DNA of 55,095 nucleotides from Patescibacteria group bacterium (GTDB lineage Bacteria; Patescibacteriota; Minisyncoccia; Phycocordibacterales; JACOZG01): NCBI GenBank assembly GCA_038064435.1, contig JBBTTC010000011.1, positions 1 to 55,095 of the forward strand, read 5' to 3'. Shown piece by piece: positions 46,487 to 55,095 of this stretch (position 1 is its first letter; each line of letters starts with the position of its first letter). The notes under the pieces were generated by a model. It saw only the letters and a program-made list of their open reading frames with translations, ran no database searches and was not told where the DNA came from. The position numbers and the translations under genes were made by a program.

Positions 46487-47063
46487 TTATTGCGACCGCG
46501 AGAAAAGAAACACCCCAGCCTCTTGGGTACTGTATTTTTCGTCCTGGGCATTCATCATGACATTTAGCAGAAAATTTTTTTCGGCAGAGTGTTCTTGTTC
46601 TGGGCCAAAAGCGTGATAGCTTTTGTTTGTCATTTTAACAATGACTACAGCATCAAGAATGAGCCCCTCATTTTCTTCTTTCAGTTTATCGATTGTTGCT
46701 TGAATTGATAAACCATCATCACCCAGCCCCTCCTCATCACCAACCCGCCATTTTTCTCGGAAAGATTCTCCGTTCCCCAGATGATAATAAATATCATAAT
46801 AAACAAGGATATTTACCATGTATGGCTTGTCGTCAAAGTTTAATTCTCTTTGGCCGGGAGTGACGTTGTGGTCAAGTTGTGACTCATCCAGAAATTGGAT
46901 TCGAGTGGTGCGATTTACCTGATATATTGTTTCCACGACTGAACACATTGAGTCGTACGCTATCGTACACACCGAAGGATTTTGTGCAATTGATTGTTGT
47001 GTGTCGTAATCGAAGGAAGTTATCGAACGCTACAACCACGGATAGTCCTTAAGTGTTTTCCAT
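46487..47063 (-). pseudogene. Hypothetical gene with an apparently disrupted 5' end
   Basis: ORF 46487-46972 has no good start. Its frame continues upstream past a TAG (47030-47032) to within 1 nt of an ATG at 47063. Confidence 0.4.
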
Positions 47064-47171
47064 AAATTTTCGTCTCTCATTCGGTCACCCTCCCTATTTC
47101 AAAGAGCCATCGTATCAAGAAACGCTGTAGCAATTAAAGCAGGTTCTAGAACTTGTGTCCAACAAGGATTT

Positions 47172-48254
47172 TTATTTCTTTAGTCGAGCAAGGGCGAGAG
47201 TAGTGGCCAGGTCGCGGGGGGATTTGGTGGGCGAGGTTTTGAGTTTTTTGAGGAGTAGGGAAGTACTAACGGTGATTTTTTGTTTAACCAGTTGGAACAT
47301 TTTTTTCTCATTCCAGCCGCGATACTCGGCGTAAGAAGAAATTACGCCACCGGCATTAGCGACGATATCTGGCACAATCAAAATGCCGTTTTGGTGCAGG
47401 GTGGCTTCGACGGCGGGCGCTATTGGGATATTGGCACCCTCGACAATAATTTTGGCACGGACATGCTCGGCATTAGCATTAGTTATTACGTCAGGTAAGG
47501 CGGCGGGGATTAGCACATCAGTTTCTAATTCAAAAATTTTGGCGCCGGGCAACTTTTCGCCATCAGGATAATTAATCACTGAACCACTTTGTTTTTTGCT
47601 GGCCATCAGCTTTTTCAAATCAAGTCCGGCAGGGTTATAAATCGCGCCCTTGGAGTCTGAAACCGCCACAATTTTGGTGCCCTGTTCGCTTAAAAATTTA
47701 GCGGCAAATTGACCAACATTGCCGAAGCCTTCAACCGCCACGGTCGCATTTCTCGTCTCAATTTTTTTGAACCGTAGAGCTTCCAGTGTGGCCAGGGCCA
47801 CGCCGTAACCGGTGCTACCGAGTTCGTGTGGCAGGCCGCCTAGGCGCTTAGGTTTGCCGGTGGCGCCGCGGCGGTCTTTAATCGCGCCCACAAACCAAGC
47901 CATCTCACGTTCGGTGGTGTTGATGTCGGGGCCGGCGATATAGCGGTTGGGGATCAAGGGTTTAAGTTCGCGCGCGAACCACTCGATTATTTTTTTAACT
48001 TCTGTTGCCGGCCGAGCCCGCGGGTCGAGGGCGAGGCCGGCCTTAGCGCCGCCGAAGGCAATACCAGCTAGGGCGTTTTTTAAGGTCATGGCGCGGGCTA
48101 GTTTGGCCACTTCTTCCTCGCTGACGGTTGGCGTCATCCTAATTCCGCCCTTGCCCGGGCCAAGCATGGTATTATCGATTACCAAAAATCCCCAAACATC
48201 AAAACCCGGATGATAAGTTTTTATAATGTTTCGTGGTCCAATTTTGTCATTCAT
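47172..48254 (-). CDS. Glu/Leu/Phe/Val dehydrogenase (glutamate dehydrogenase-like)
   Basis: GPGKGGIR, MTLKNA, GGAKAG, GPD, TGKP, GFGNVG, EGAN, PDIVANAGGV. Confidence 0.92.
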   Translation of the reverse strand: MNDKIGPRNIIKTYHPGFDVWGFLVIDNTMLGPGKGGIRMTPTVSEEEVAKLARAMTLKNALAGIAFGGAKAGLALDPRARPATEVKKIIEWFARELKPLIPNRYIAGPDINTTEREMAWFVGAIKDRRGATGKPKRLGGLPHELGSTGYGVALATLEALRFKKIETRNATVAVEGFGNVGQFAAKFLSEQGTKIVAVSDSKGAIYNPAGLDLKKLMASKKQSGSVINYPDGEKLPGAKIFELETDVLIPAALPDVITNANAEHVRAKIIVEGANIPIAPAVEATLHQNGILIVPDIVANAGGVISSYAEYRGWNEKKMFQLVKQKITVSTSLLLKKLKTSPTKSPRDLATTLALARLKK

Positions 48255-48309
48255 CTCGGTATTCTAACGGCATTGCCTATTTTTGCCAAGTATGCATAAT
48301 TAGAACTCT

Positions 48310-48633
48310 ATGAAATTTGCGGTAATTGAGACTGGCGGCAAGCAATATCGGGTCACACCCGGGCAGGTTTTAGAGGTGGAAAAGTTGCCTGTTGGCGTGG
48401 GCGAGCAGATCAATTTCGACCAGGTGCTTATGGTTGGCGAGGAGGGAAGTGATGTTGGTTTACAAATTGGTATGCCGACTGTTGCTGGCGCTACGGTGTC
48501 GGCCGAACTGGTGGAGAATGGTCGGCAGGATAAGATCGTTATTATTCACTTTAAAGCCAAGACTCGTCAACGCAAAAAGGCTGGCCATCGCCAGCTCTAT
48601 TCCAAGGTTAAAATTTTGGATATTAAACCCTAA
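48310..48633 (+). CDS. rplU: 50S ribosomal protein L21
   Basis: FAVIETGGKQY, GHRQ. Confidence 0.96.
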   Translation: MKFAVIETGGKQYRVTPGQVLEVEKLPVGVGEQINFDQVLMVGEEGSDVGLQIGMPTVAGATVSAELVENGRQDKIVIIHFKAKTRQRKKAGHRQLYSKVKILDIKP

Positions 48634-49244
48634 CTTCGGTTTTTAAGAGCGTTTTTTAGTGTCTCAATGTCCGCGTACTCCAGTTCGCTGCCGGTAGACA
48701 ACCCTCGACCAAGTAATGAGGTTTTGATGTTTTTGGCTTCTGGCAGACTAGTAATATAAGTTTTTAAATATTCAGCAGTATGATCGCCCTCGGTGGTGGC
48801 ACTCAGGGCCAAGATCATTTCAGTCAGGGTCGTTTTTCGTTCGTGGATCAGAGTAGTTAATTCTCGCAGGCGGATTTGCGTTTCGGGTTGGGGTTCAAGG
48901 ATGGGTAGGTTGCCACCCAAAACAAAGAAATAACCCTGGTAGGCACCAGTTTTTAGTATGTTTTCTAAGTCAATATCTTTTTCTATAACCAACAATTGCG
49001 TGTTGTCGCGGCCGGACGTAGGGGTACATAAGTCACACACCTCGCCACCCCCGTTGGCAAAAAAACGGTAACAGCTCCGGCATTGACCACGATTGTGTTT
49101 AAGGCGATTGAGGGCGGAGATCAGCGCATCAATTTCGAGATCATCCTGTCCGAGCAAAAAATAAACGAAGCGCTTGGCTTGCCGTGGCCCAATGCTGGGG
49201 AAGCGGCCAAACAAATTAGTTAGGTGCTCGATCAACTGTTTCAT
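48630..49244 (-). CDS. recR: Recombination protein RecR
   Basis: HhH PSIGPRQAKR, C4 zinc finger, Toprim EGDHTA, ELEYAD. Confidence 0.94.
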   Translation of the reverse strand: MKQLIEHLTNLFGRFPSIGPRQAKRFVYFLLGQDDLEIDALISALNRLKHNRGQCRSCYRFFANGGGEVCDLCTPTSGRDNTQLLVIEKDIDLENILKTGAYQGYFFVLGGNLPILEPQPETQIRLRELTTLIHERKTTLTEMILALSATTEGDHTAEYLKTYITSLPEAKNIKTSLLGRGLSTGSELEYADIETLKNALKNRS

Positions 49245-49252
49245 GGGTAGTG

Positions 49253-50614
49253 CTAGAAAACGCCAAAGTCCGATTTGTCGACATTGGTAAAGCAGACCCG
49301 TTTTTCATCAAAAAACAGTTCCACTTTGCCGGTGGGGCCGTTGCGATGTTTTTCAATCAAAATTTCGGCGATATTTTTGCGCTCCGATTCCTCGTTATAC
49401 TTATCTTCTCGATGAATAAACATTACCACGTCAGCGTCTTGCTCGATGGAACCAGAATCTCGCAAATCCGAGAGCCGCGGCCGGCCGCCGCGTTGCTCCA
49501 CCGCGCGGTTAAGTTGCGAGAGGGCCAACACCGGCACTTCCAGTTCGCGGGCTAAACCCTTTAGCGAGCGCGAAATCTCGGTGACTTGCTGGACAAGGGA
49601 ATCACTGTCGCGGCGGGGCACCATTAGTTGCAAATAATCAACAATAATTAAGCCGAGGCCATTTTCCGATTTTAGTCGTCGGGCCACTGACTTCATTTTC
49701 ACAATATTGTTTGAGGCGTCATCGTCAATAAAAATTGGCGCTTTAGCCAATGAATCCAACGCATCGCGGATGCGGGCAAATTCTTCATCCGCCGAGAGGC
49801 GGCCAGTGCGTAATTTCCAGGAATCAACATGACTCTCGGCCGCGATCAAGCGGTCAACCAATTGCTGAGAGCTCATTTCCAGCGAGAAGATGCCGACGGG
49901 AATTTTTTCTCGGCAGGCGACGTGCCGAGCAATGTCGAGCGCCAAAGACGTTTTACCCATCGAGGGTCGGGCTGCCAAAATAATCAGATCGGATTTTTGC
50001 AATCCCGACAATTTATTATCCAGATCAGTGAAACCAATTGGTACACCGCGCAGAGACTTATCGGATTTATGCAAATGCTCAAACCGTTCCCAGGCTTCTA
50101 CCAAGCTATCCTTCAAACTAATAAAACTGCGCTTGGAAAAATTAGCTAGGCCAAAGATGGCCTTCTCGGCCCGATCAAACACCGAGTCAATCTCTTCGTG
50201 TTCGTTGTAGCCAAGTTCAGAAATTTGATCGGCGGCGCCGATCAACCGTCGGAGAGCTGATTTTTTGCGCAAAATTTCCGCATAATATTTGAGATTGCCG
50301 GCGGCCGGCGCCGCCGATAGTAGCTCGGCTAGGTAACTGCCGCCGCCGGCCGCCTCCAGCTTGTTTTTTTCTTTCAATGCCGCCGTGAGAGTAACGATGT
50401 CAATCGGGTGTGCTCCCTCGGCCAATCCTAGCATTGACCGGAAAATTAGGTTGTGGCGTTGCGAGTAAAAGTCATTGGGATGAATGACGTCGGTGATGTC
50501 AGTCAAACCATCTGGTTTGATCATCAGGCAACCCAGTAGGGCCTTTTCTACCTCTAAATCTTGAGGTGGCAGGCGGAGTGGGGGAGAATTTAGTCTATCT
50601 GTTGGTGCGACCAT
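49253..50614 (-). CDS. dnaB: Replicative DNA helicase
   Basis: AARPSMGKT, FSLEM, VDYLQL, ALSQLNR, DLRDSGSIEQDAD; no intein. Confidence 0.97.
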   Translation of the reverse strand: MVAPTDRLNSPPLRLPPQDLEVEKALLGCLMIKPDGLTDITDVIHPNDFYSQRHNLIFRSMLGLAEGAHPIDIVTLTAALKEKNKLEAAGGGSYLAELLSAAPAAGNLKYYAEILRKKSALRRLIGAADQISELGYNEHEEIDSVFDRAEKAIFGLANFSKRSFISLKDSLVEAWERFEHLHKSDKSLRGVPIGFTDLDNKLSGLQKSDLIILAARPSMGKTSLALDIARHVACREKIPVGIFSLEMSSQQLVDRLIAAESHVDSWKLRTGRLSADEEFARIRDALDSLAKAPIFIDDDASNNIVKMKSVARRLKSENGLGLIIVDYLQLMVPRRDSDSLVQQVTEISRSLKGLARELEVPVLALSQLNRAVEQRGGRPRLSDLRDSGSIEQDADVVMFIHREDKYNEESERKNIAEILIEKHRNGPTGKVELFFDEKRVCFTNVDKSDFGVF

Positions 50615-51977
50615 GGGGTAAGTTTACCACCTTTTTTATCTGCGGGCCGGTGGGGGTGTCGCTCACCGCGTAGCCTAAATCAGAGACTTGCTGGCGCAGT
50701 TGATCAGCAGTGGCCCAGTCATTTTTTTGTCGGGCTTCTTCGCGCGCCTGCACTAATTTTTTAATTTGTGTTGGTATGGCGGCTGGGCTACTGGTCGCGG
50801 CTAGATCCAGTCCCAACACTTCGTCCCAGTTAAGCAGAGTTTTTAATTTATCGGCGGCTGGTGTTCTGCTTTTTACTAGATTCCAAATTAACGCCACGGC
50901 GCGCGGCAAGTTTAGGTCATCGTTAATGGCCGCAATAAATTTTCCCTGCCAAATTTTTAAACTTCGCCCTTTTTTATTACCGGCTTGTAAACGAAGATCG
51001 GAGATGGCATCCATTAGTTTGAGGCGCGCTACGCGCGCCGCCGCTAGCCCACTCCAAGTGAGATTGGCCATTTGCCGATAATGTACGAGCGATAAAAAGT
51101 AACGAAAATCAAGGGGAGAGAAATTTTTTTCGGCCAAATTGTTGAGGCGAAAAATGTTGCCAAGTGATTTAGACATTTTTTGGCCGTTAATGAGCAAAAA
51201 AGCGCCATGAATCCAGTGGCGAGCCAGTGGCTCGCCTGTCACGGCTTCAGTTTGGGCGATCTCATTGGTGTGGTGGGGAAAAATCAGATCTGTCCCGCCC
51301 AGATGCACGTCGATACTTTTTCCGAGCGTGGCGGCGATCATGGCCGAACATTCAATGTGCCAGCCGGGTCGGCCCTCGCCCCAAGGCGAGGGCCAAAAGT
51401 TGTCGCCATCAGTCGATTGTCGAAATTTCCATAAGGCAAAGTCGCGTACCTGATCGGTTTCGTATTCATCAGCGAGATCGGCCGTACCTAAAGTTCGCGG
51501 GCCGAGGCGAGCTAATCGCCCGTAGTTTTTTGCTTGTCGAATGGAAAAATAAACGCCGTCCTTGCCAACATAGGCATGACCGGTGACAATCATTTTTTCC
51601 ACCATTTTGATCATACTGGCGATATGTTCGGTAGCGTGCGGTGCGCGGTGGGGGCGTTTAACATTGAGTTCGGCCAGATCATGCCAAAAATGATTTTCGT
51701 AACGGGCGGCAAATGCAACGCGGCTCTCGCCAGCGCGTTGACTGCCAGCAATTGTTTTATCGTCCACATCAGTTATGTTCATCACCAGTCGTGGTCGATA
51801 TTTGTTGGCCGCTAAAACGCGAACCAGCCAATCGCTAAGTAAAAAGGTACGCCAATTACCCAAGTGCACATCGTCATACACAGTTGGGCCACAGGCATAT
51901 AGACTTACCGCTTGGCGTCGAGCCGGTTTAAAAATCTCCTTGTGACGGGTGAGCGTGTTATAGAGCTTTAGAGCCAT
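50595..51977 (-). CDS. cysS: Cysteine-tRNA ligase
   Basis: CGPTVY, HLGN, GRPGWHIECSAM, FPHH, KMSKS. Confidence 0.96.
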   Translation of the reverse strand: MALKLYNTLTRHKEIFKPARRQAVSLYACGPTVYDDVHLGNWRTFLLSDWLVRVLAANKYRPRLVMNITDVDDKTIAGSQRAGESRVAFAARYENHFWHDLAELNVKRPHRAPHATEHIASMIKMVEKMIVTGHAYVGKDGVYFSIRQAKNYGRLARLGPRTLGTADLADEYETDQVRDFALWKFRQSTDGDNFWPSPWGEGRPGWHIECSAMIAATLGKSIDVHLGGTDLIFPHHTNEIAQTEAVTGEPLARHWIHGAFLLINGQKMSKSLGNIFRLNNLAEKNFSPLDFRYFLSLVHYRQMANLTWSGLAAARVARLKLMDAISDLRLQAGNKKGRSLKIWQGKFIAAINDDLNLPRAVALIWNLVKSRTPAADKLKTLLNWDEVLGLDLAATSSPAAIPTQIKKLVQAREEARQKNDWATADQLRQQVSDLGYAVSDTPTGPQIKKVVNLPHGRTNR

Positions 51978-52897
51978 TGTCGGTTCTTGGCCAAGGTAAA
52001 CATTAGACCAAGCACCACAGCCATTAGGCCGAGCACAAAATAAAAGTCGCCATTACTACCTACGAGCGGGAGGTGAGTGTTCATGCTAAAAATTTGCGTG
52101 ATGAGTGTGAGTGGAAAAAAGATAAAAGCTGTAACCGCCAGCGTCTTCATAATCTCATTGGTGCGTACCGACAAAAGTGATTCGTTGGTTTGGCGCAGGT
52201 CTTGGAAGGTGGCTCGATTGCTCTCGATCATTTGCCAGATTTTGCCATATTCACCAAGTAGAGCATAGGGGTAATGCTTAAACTTTTCACCAAACAATTC
52301 GATGCCGGCTTGAGCAAAAGATTCCAGCACTTCGTGATGGCCGCGCAGGGCCCAGCGGCAGTCCAGCATGTCGCGATTAATGTCAGACAAGGCCCTAACC
52401 ATCTCGCGCTGGCCGCCGGCAAAAACCGCGACCTCGGCTTTTTTGAGTCGGGAGTTGATGAAGTCAAAACCAATCGCCAGCTCGGAATACATTTGTTTAA
52501 CGATGTGGAAAAAGACCAAGCCGGCATTAAATTTAAAGTCACGGTCCATCCATGTTGGTTTGATCTCGAAAATTTTTGACAGCTCGTGAAGCGAATCAAT
52601 TAGCTCATAGTGGGTGGTAATCAAAAAGTTTTTGCCGATAATAAAGTCAATTTCCTGGCTATCAGATTGGCCGGATGATCGTTCGTCACCATAGCAAATT
52701 TGGCAACGGGGGAAGTGCAAAATTAAATAGATAAAACCCGGATACAAATCGGCTTTGGGGCGCAATGAGGGCGTAACCAGCTCTTGGCTGATCATCTCGG
52801 GCAAATTGTAGTCTTGGGCCAGTTGCTTGACCTCCTCGGTTGTCGGTGCCTCTAGATCGATCCAGGTGATGTCTTGATACTTAAATTGCCGTAGCAT
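51968..52897 (-). CDS. CorA-family divalent cation transporter
   Basis: WIDL N-terminus, NEIMKTL, two C-terminal TMs. SMN in place of GMN. Confidence 0.88.
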   Translation of the reverse strand: MLRQFKYQDITWIDLEAPTTEEVKQLAQDYNLPEMISQELVTPSLRPKADLYPGFIYLILHFPRCQICYGDERSSGQSDSQEIDFIIGKNFLITTHYELIDSLHELSKIFEIKPTWMDRDFKFNAGLVFFHIVKQMYSELAIGFDFINSRLKKAEVAVFAGGQREMVRALSDINRDMLDCRWALRGHHEVLESFAQAGIELFGEKFKHYPYALLGEYGKIWQMIESNRATFQDLRQTNESLLSVRTNEIMKTLAVTAFIFFPLTLITQIFSMNTHLPLVGSNGDFYFVLGLMAVVLGLMFTLAKNRQWL

Positions 52898-52965
52898 TAC
52901 CAAGTATTATAGCTCGCCCGATCGGTTGACCACAAGTGATGATTTTGCCATAATCTCCGACAGTC

Positions 52966-54201
52966 ATGAAAAAATTTCTCTGGTCACTGGCAGTGACGGT
53001 GGTGCTACTGGCGATGTTGGGGGGAGTTTTTGTTTGGGGAATTGTTCTTGGTTACGACAATCGTCCGGCGGCCGAGCGCGTGGTGGGCGTGATTAACAAA
53101 AAGTCGGCGGTGGAGGAGGCGGTCACCGCCGACTTTTCGCCCTTTTGGCAGGCTTGGGAAATTATAGACGACAATTTTGTGGCCGCCACCACGGCACCCG
53201 AGTCGCAAGTTAAAGGTGAACAGAGGGTTCGTGGCGCTATTGCTGGTCTGGTGGCTTCACTCGACGATCCCTATTCGGTGTTTTTGCCACCGGAAGAAAA
53301 AAAATTATTTGAAAGCGATTTGAGTGGCACCTTTGGTGGTGTGGGTATGGAGGTAGATAAACGAGATGGCGACATTGTAGTGGTGGCGCCGCTAGAGGGC
53401 ACGCCGGCCAAGGCGGCCGGCGTGCAGACGGGTGATAGGATCATTAAAATTGGTGACCGCACCGCGGCCGACTTGGAGTTACACGAGGCTATCCAACTGA
53501 TCCGTGGCGAGGTGGGCACAATAGTGGTGGTAACGGTGGCGCGCGATAAGTCGCCCGAACCTTTGGTTTTTAAACTCACACGGCAAATTATTCAATTACC
53601 GACGATTGATACTAAGGTGGAGCGCGGTGTGTTTGTGATTAAATTGCACAATTTTGGCGGCACAGCCAGTGAGCTTTTTCGTCAGGCTCTTCGTAAATTT
53701 GTGACTGCTGGTACCGACAAATTAATCATTGATTTGCGGGGCAACCCGGGCGGTTATCTTGAGGCGGCGGTTGATCTGTCGAGCTGGTTTTTGCCCGCCG
53801 GTGAGACGGTGGTAATTGAAGATCGTGGCGGCCACGAAGATCCGGTGCATTACCGCAGTCGGGGTTATAATCCTTTTACCGAGCAGTTAAAGATGGTGGT
53901 TTTGGTGGATGGTGGTAGTGCCTCGGCTTCGGAGATTTTTGCTGGCGCTTTGGCTGAGCATGGTCGGGCGCGGCTGGTGGGCGAAAAGACTTTTGGCAAG
54001 GGCTCGGTGCAGGAGCTCATTACTCTTGACAACAATGGCGCGATTAAATTGACGGTGGCTCACTGGCTCACACCACGCGGCAACTCCATTTCGGAAAATG
54101 GCCTCAAGCCCGATATCGAAGTTGTTCGTCCCGAAAAAGAAAAAGAAGGCAGTGACGCTCAACTGGCTAAAGCTGTGGACGTGCTACTGGCTTTGCCATG
54201 A
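52966..54201 (+). CDS. ctpA: S41 carboxy-terminal processing protease
   Basis: LDDPYS, PDZ (GVGM, TPAKAAG), [23 protein letters not shown]. Confidence 0.92.
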   Translation: MKKFLWSLAVTVVLLAMLGGVFVWGIVLGYDNRPAAERVVGVINKKSAVEEAVTADFSPFWQAWEIIDDNFVAATTAPESQVKGEQRVRGAIAGLVASLDDPYSVFLPPEEKKLFESDLSGTFGGVGMEVDKRDGDIVVVAPLEGTPAKAAGVQTGDRIIKIGDRTAADLELHEAIQLIRGEVGTIVVVTVARDKSPEPLVFKLTRQIIQLPTIDTKVERGVFVIKLHNFGGTASELFRQALRKFVTAGTDKLIIDLRGNPGGYLEAAVDLSSWFLPAGETVVIEDRGGHEDPVHYRSRGYNPFTEQLKMVVLVDGGSASASEIFAGALAEHGRARLVGEKTFGKGSVQELITLDNNGAIKLTVAHWLTPRGNSISENGLKPDIEVVRPEKEKEGSDAQLAKAVDVLLALP

Positions 54202-54635
54202 AAGTTATTTTACGACGTGATGTGGCCAAAATTGGCCGGCGGGGGGAAGTAAAAAATGTTAAAGACGGTTTTGCCCGCAATTTCCTATTGCGTCAGGGTT
54301 TAGCTTGGGAGGCGACGGAGGAAAATTTACAGCGTTGGGAAGGGGCGCACCGCGAAGATGAGATCAGTCAGGCCAAGTTCATAACAAAATTTAAGCATGA
54401 TTTGGAATTATTGCAGGGTAAGGTCTTGGAAATTAAAACGCGAACGAATGCGCAGGGCCACCTTTTTAGTGGACTCAAGGCGACTGATCTGGCCGCCGCA
54501 TTGGCGGAATCATTTAATATAAAATGGTCGGCTGAACACTTTGACTTGCCGCGGCCAATAAAAACGGTCGGGGAACACGAGGTAGCTCTCCGACCCGAAG
54601 GTAAGTTACAAGTAAAAGTAGTGGCGATCAATTAA
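54198..54635 (+). CDS. rplI: 50S ribosomal protein L9
   Basis: [25 protein letters not shown]. Confidence 0.95.
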   Translation: MKVILRRDVAKIGRRGEVKNVKDGFARNFLLRQGLAWEATEENLQRWEGAHREDEISQAKFITKFKHDLELLQGKVLEIKTRTNAQGHLFSGLKATDLAAALAESFNIKWSAEHFDLPRPIKTVGEHEVALRPEGKLQVKVVAIN

Positions 54636-54904
54636 ACCACGTGGACGACGCCGACGGTTGTTTGGCGGCCGTTAAAGCTGATTTTTTTACGGCGTGTGAA
54701 TTTGACCTGCCCGGGCGCGATGGCGAAGAGAGTGTGATCAACACCCATTTTAACATTTTTGCCAGCTATCATTTTGGTGCCGCGTTGACGAACGATAATG
54801 TTGCCGATTGCGGCGTTTTGGCCAGCTGAAAGTTTAATACCCAAGTATTTGGGATTAGAGTCGCGCAGATTTTTAGCTGTGCCGCCGGCCTTACGATGTG
54901 CCAT
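54632..54904 (-). CDS. rpmA: 50S ribosomal protein L27
   Basis: [31 protein letters not shown]. Confidence 0.96.
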   Translation of the reverse strand: MAHRKAGGTAKNLRDSNPKYLGIKLSAGQNAAIGNIIVRQRGTKMIAGKNVKMGVDHTLFAIAPGQVKFTRRKKISFNGRQTTVGVVHVV

Positions 54905-55095
54905 AATTAATTAATTTAATGCTAACAAGCTTATCAAGTCTGTGGGGAAAAATCAAGACGGAACAGGCCAATTTGTTTTTGGCCGGTATCATAATCCTGA
55001 CGGGAACCTTTGGCTTTGGTTTGGGACGTTTGTCAAGATTGCGTAATGGTTCAATAGCTTGGAATCACTTTAACCGTTAACATCCAAGCATATGA

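Noticed and set aside
49253-50614. Possible intein in DnaB (or GyrB)
   Set aside because: Lengths and motif spacing are normal, with no insertion.
154-54829. Numerous short overlapping or antisense ORFs in the six-frame track (e.g. 7749-8348, 19374-19952, 22292-22834, 43775-44287)
   Set aside because: They are shadows of well-supported genes on another frame or strand, with no motifs or initiation signals.
1-55095. CRISPR array, cas genes, rRNA, IS transposase, reverse transcriptase/retron or DGR
   Set aside because: No regularly spaced repeats or diagnostic motifs were seen by eye.
1-55095. Alternative genetic code (TGA=Gly as in Gracilibacteria/Absconditabacteria)
   Set aside because: Conserved genes are full length under code 11, and several end properly at TGA (tsf, gyrB, rseP, ctpA).

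Overview
Bacterial chromosome segment whose gene content and style point to a Patescibacteria/CPR (Parcubacteria-like) genome (inference: short EF-Ts, truncated PheS/PheT, CPR-type surface proteins, compact operons). Most of the window is housekeeping genes: fba, rplY, rpmE, prfA, rpsB, tsf, tRNA-Thr, pheST, leuS, mltG, mnmA, mreB, frr, rseP, gyrB, rmuC, GDH, rplU, recR, dnaB, cysS, CorA, S41 protease, rplI and rpmA. Many appear to be transcribed as leaderless mRNAs. Between pheT and leuS lies a ~13 kb AT-richer integrative element (about 11969-24934). It carries a large serine recombinase, an AAA RepA-like helicase, a wHTH regulator, a TerS-like ORF and defence-type cargo (HhH glycosylase-like protein, an unusual Type I RM system, PD-(D/E)xK and HEPN-like proteins). 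The main observation is that the element's two junctions share a TATAATTAA-N10-GCTCC signature. Recombination there would (i) fuse the recombinase in frame to a 67-codon tail sitting 13 kb away and (ii) rejoin a perfect sigma70 promoter to a small host gene, which makes a candidate self-splitting integrase switch. A second highlight is a highly structured GNRA-hairpin RNA with mutually exclusive terminator/antiterminator folds ahead of the cargo operon. All protein calls come from motif recognition by eye; no searches were run.
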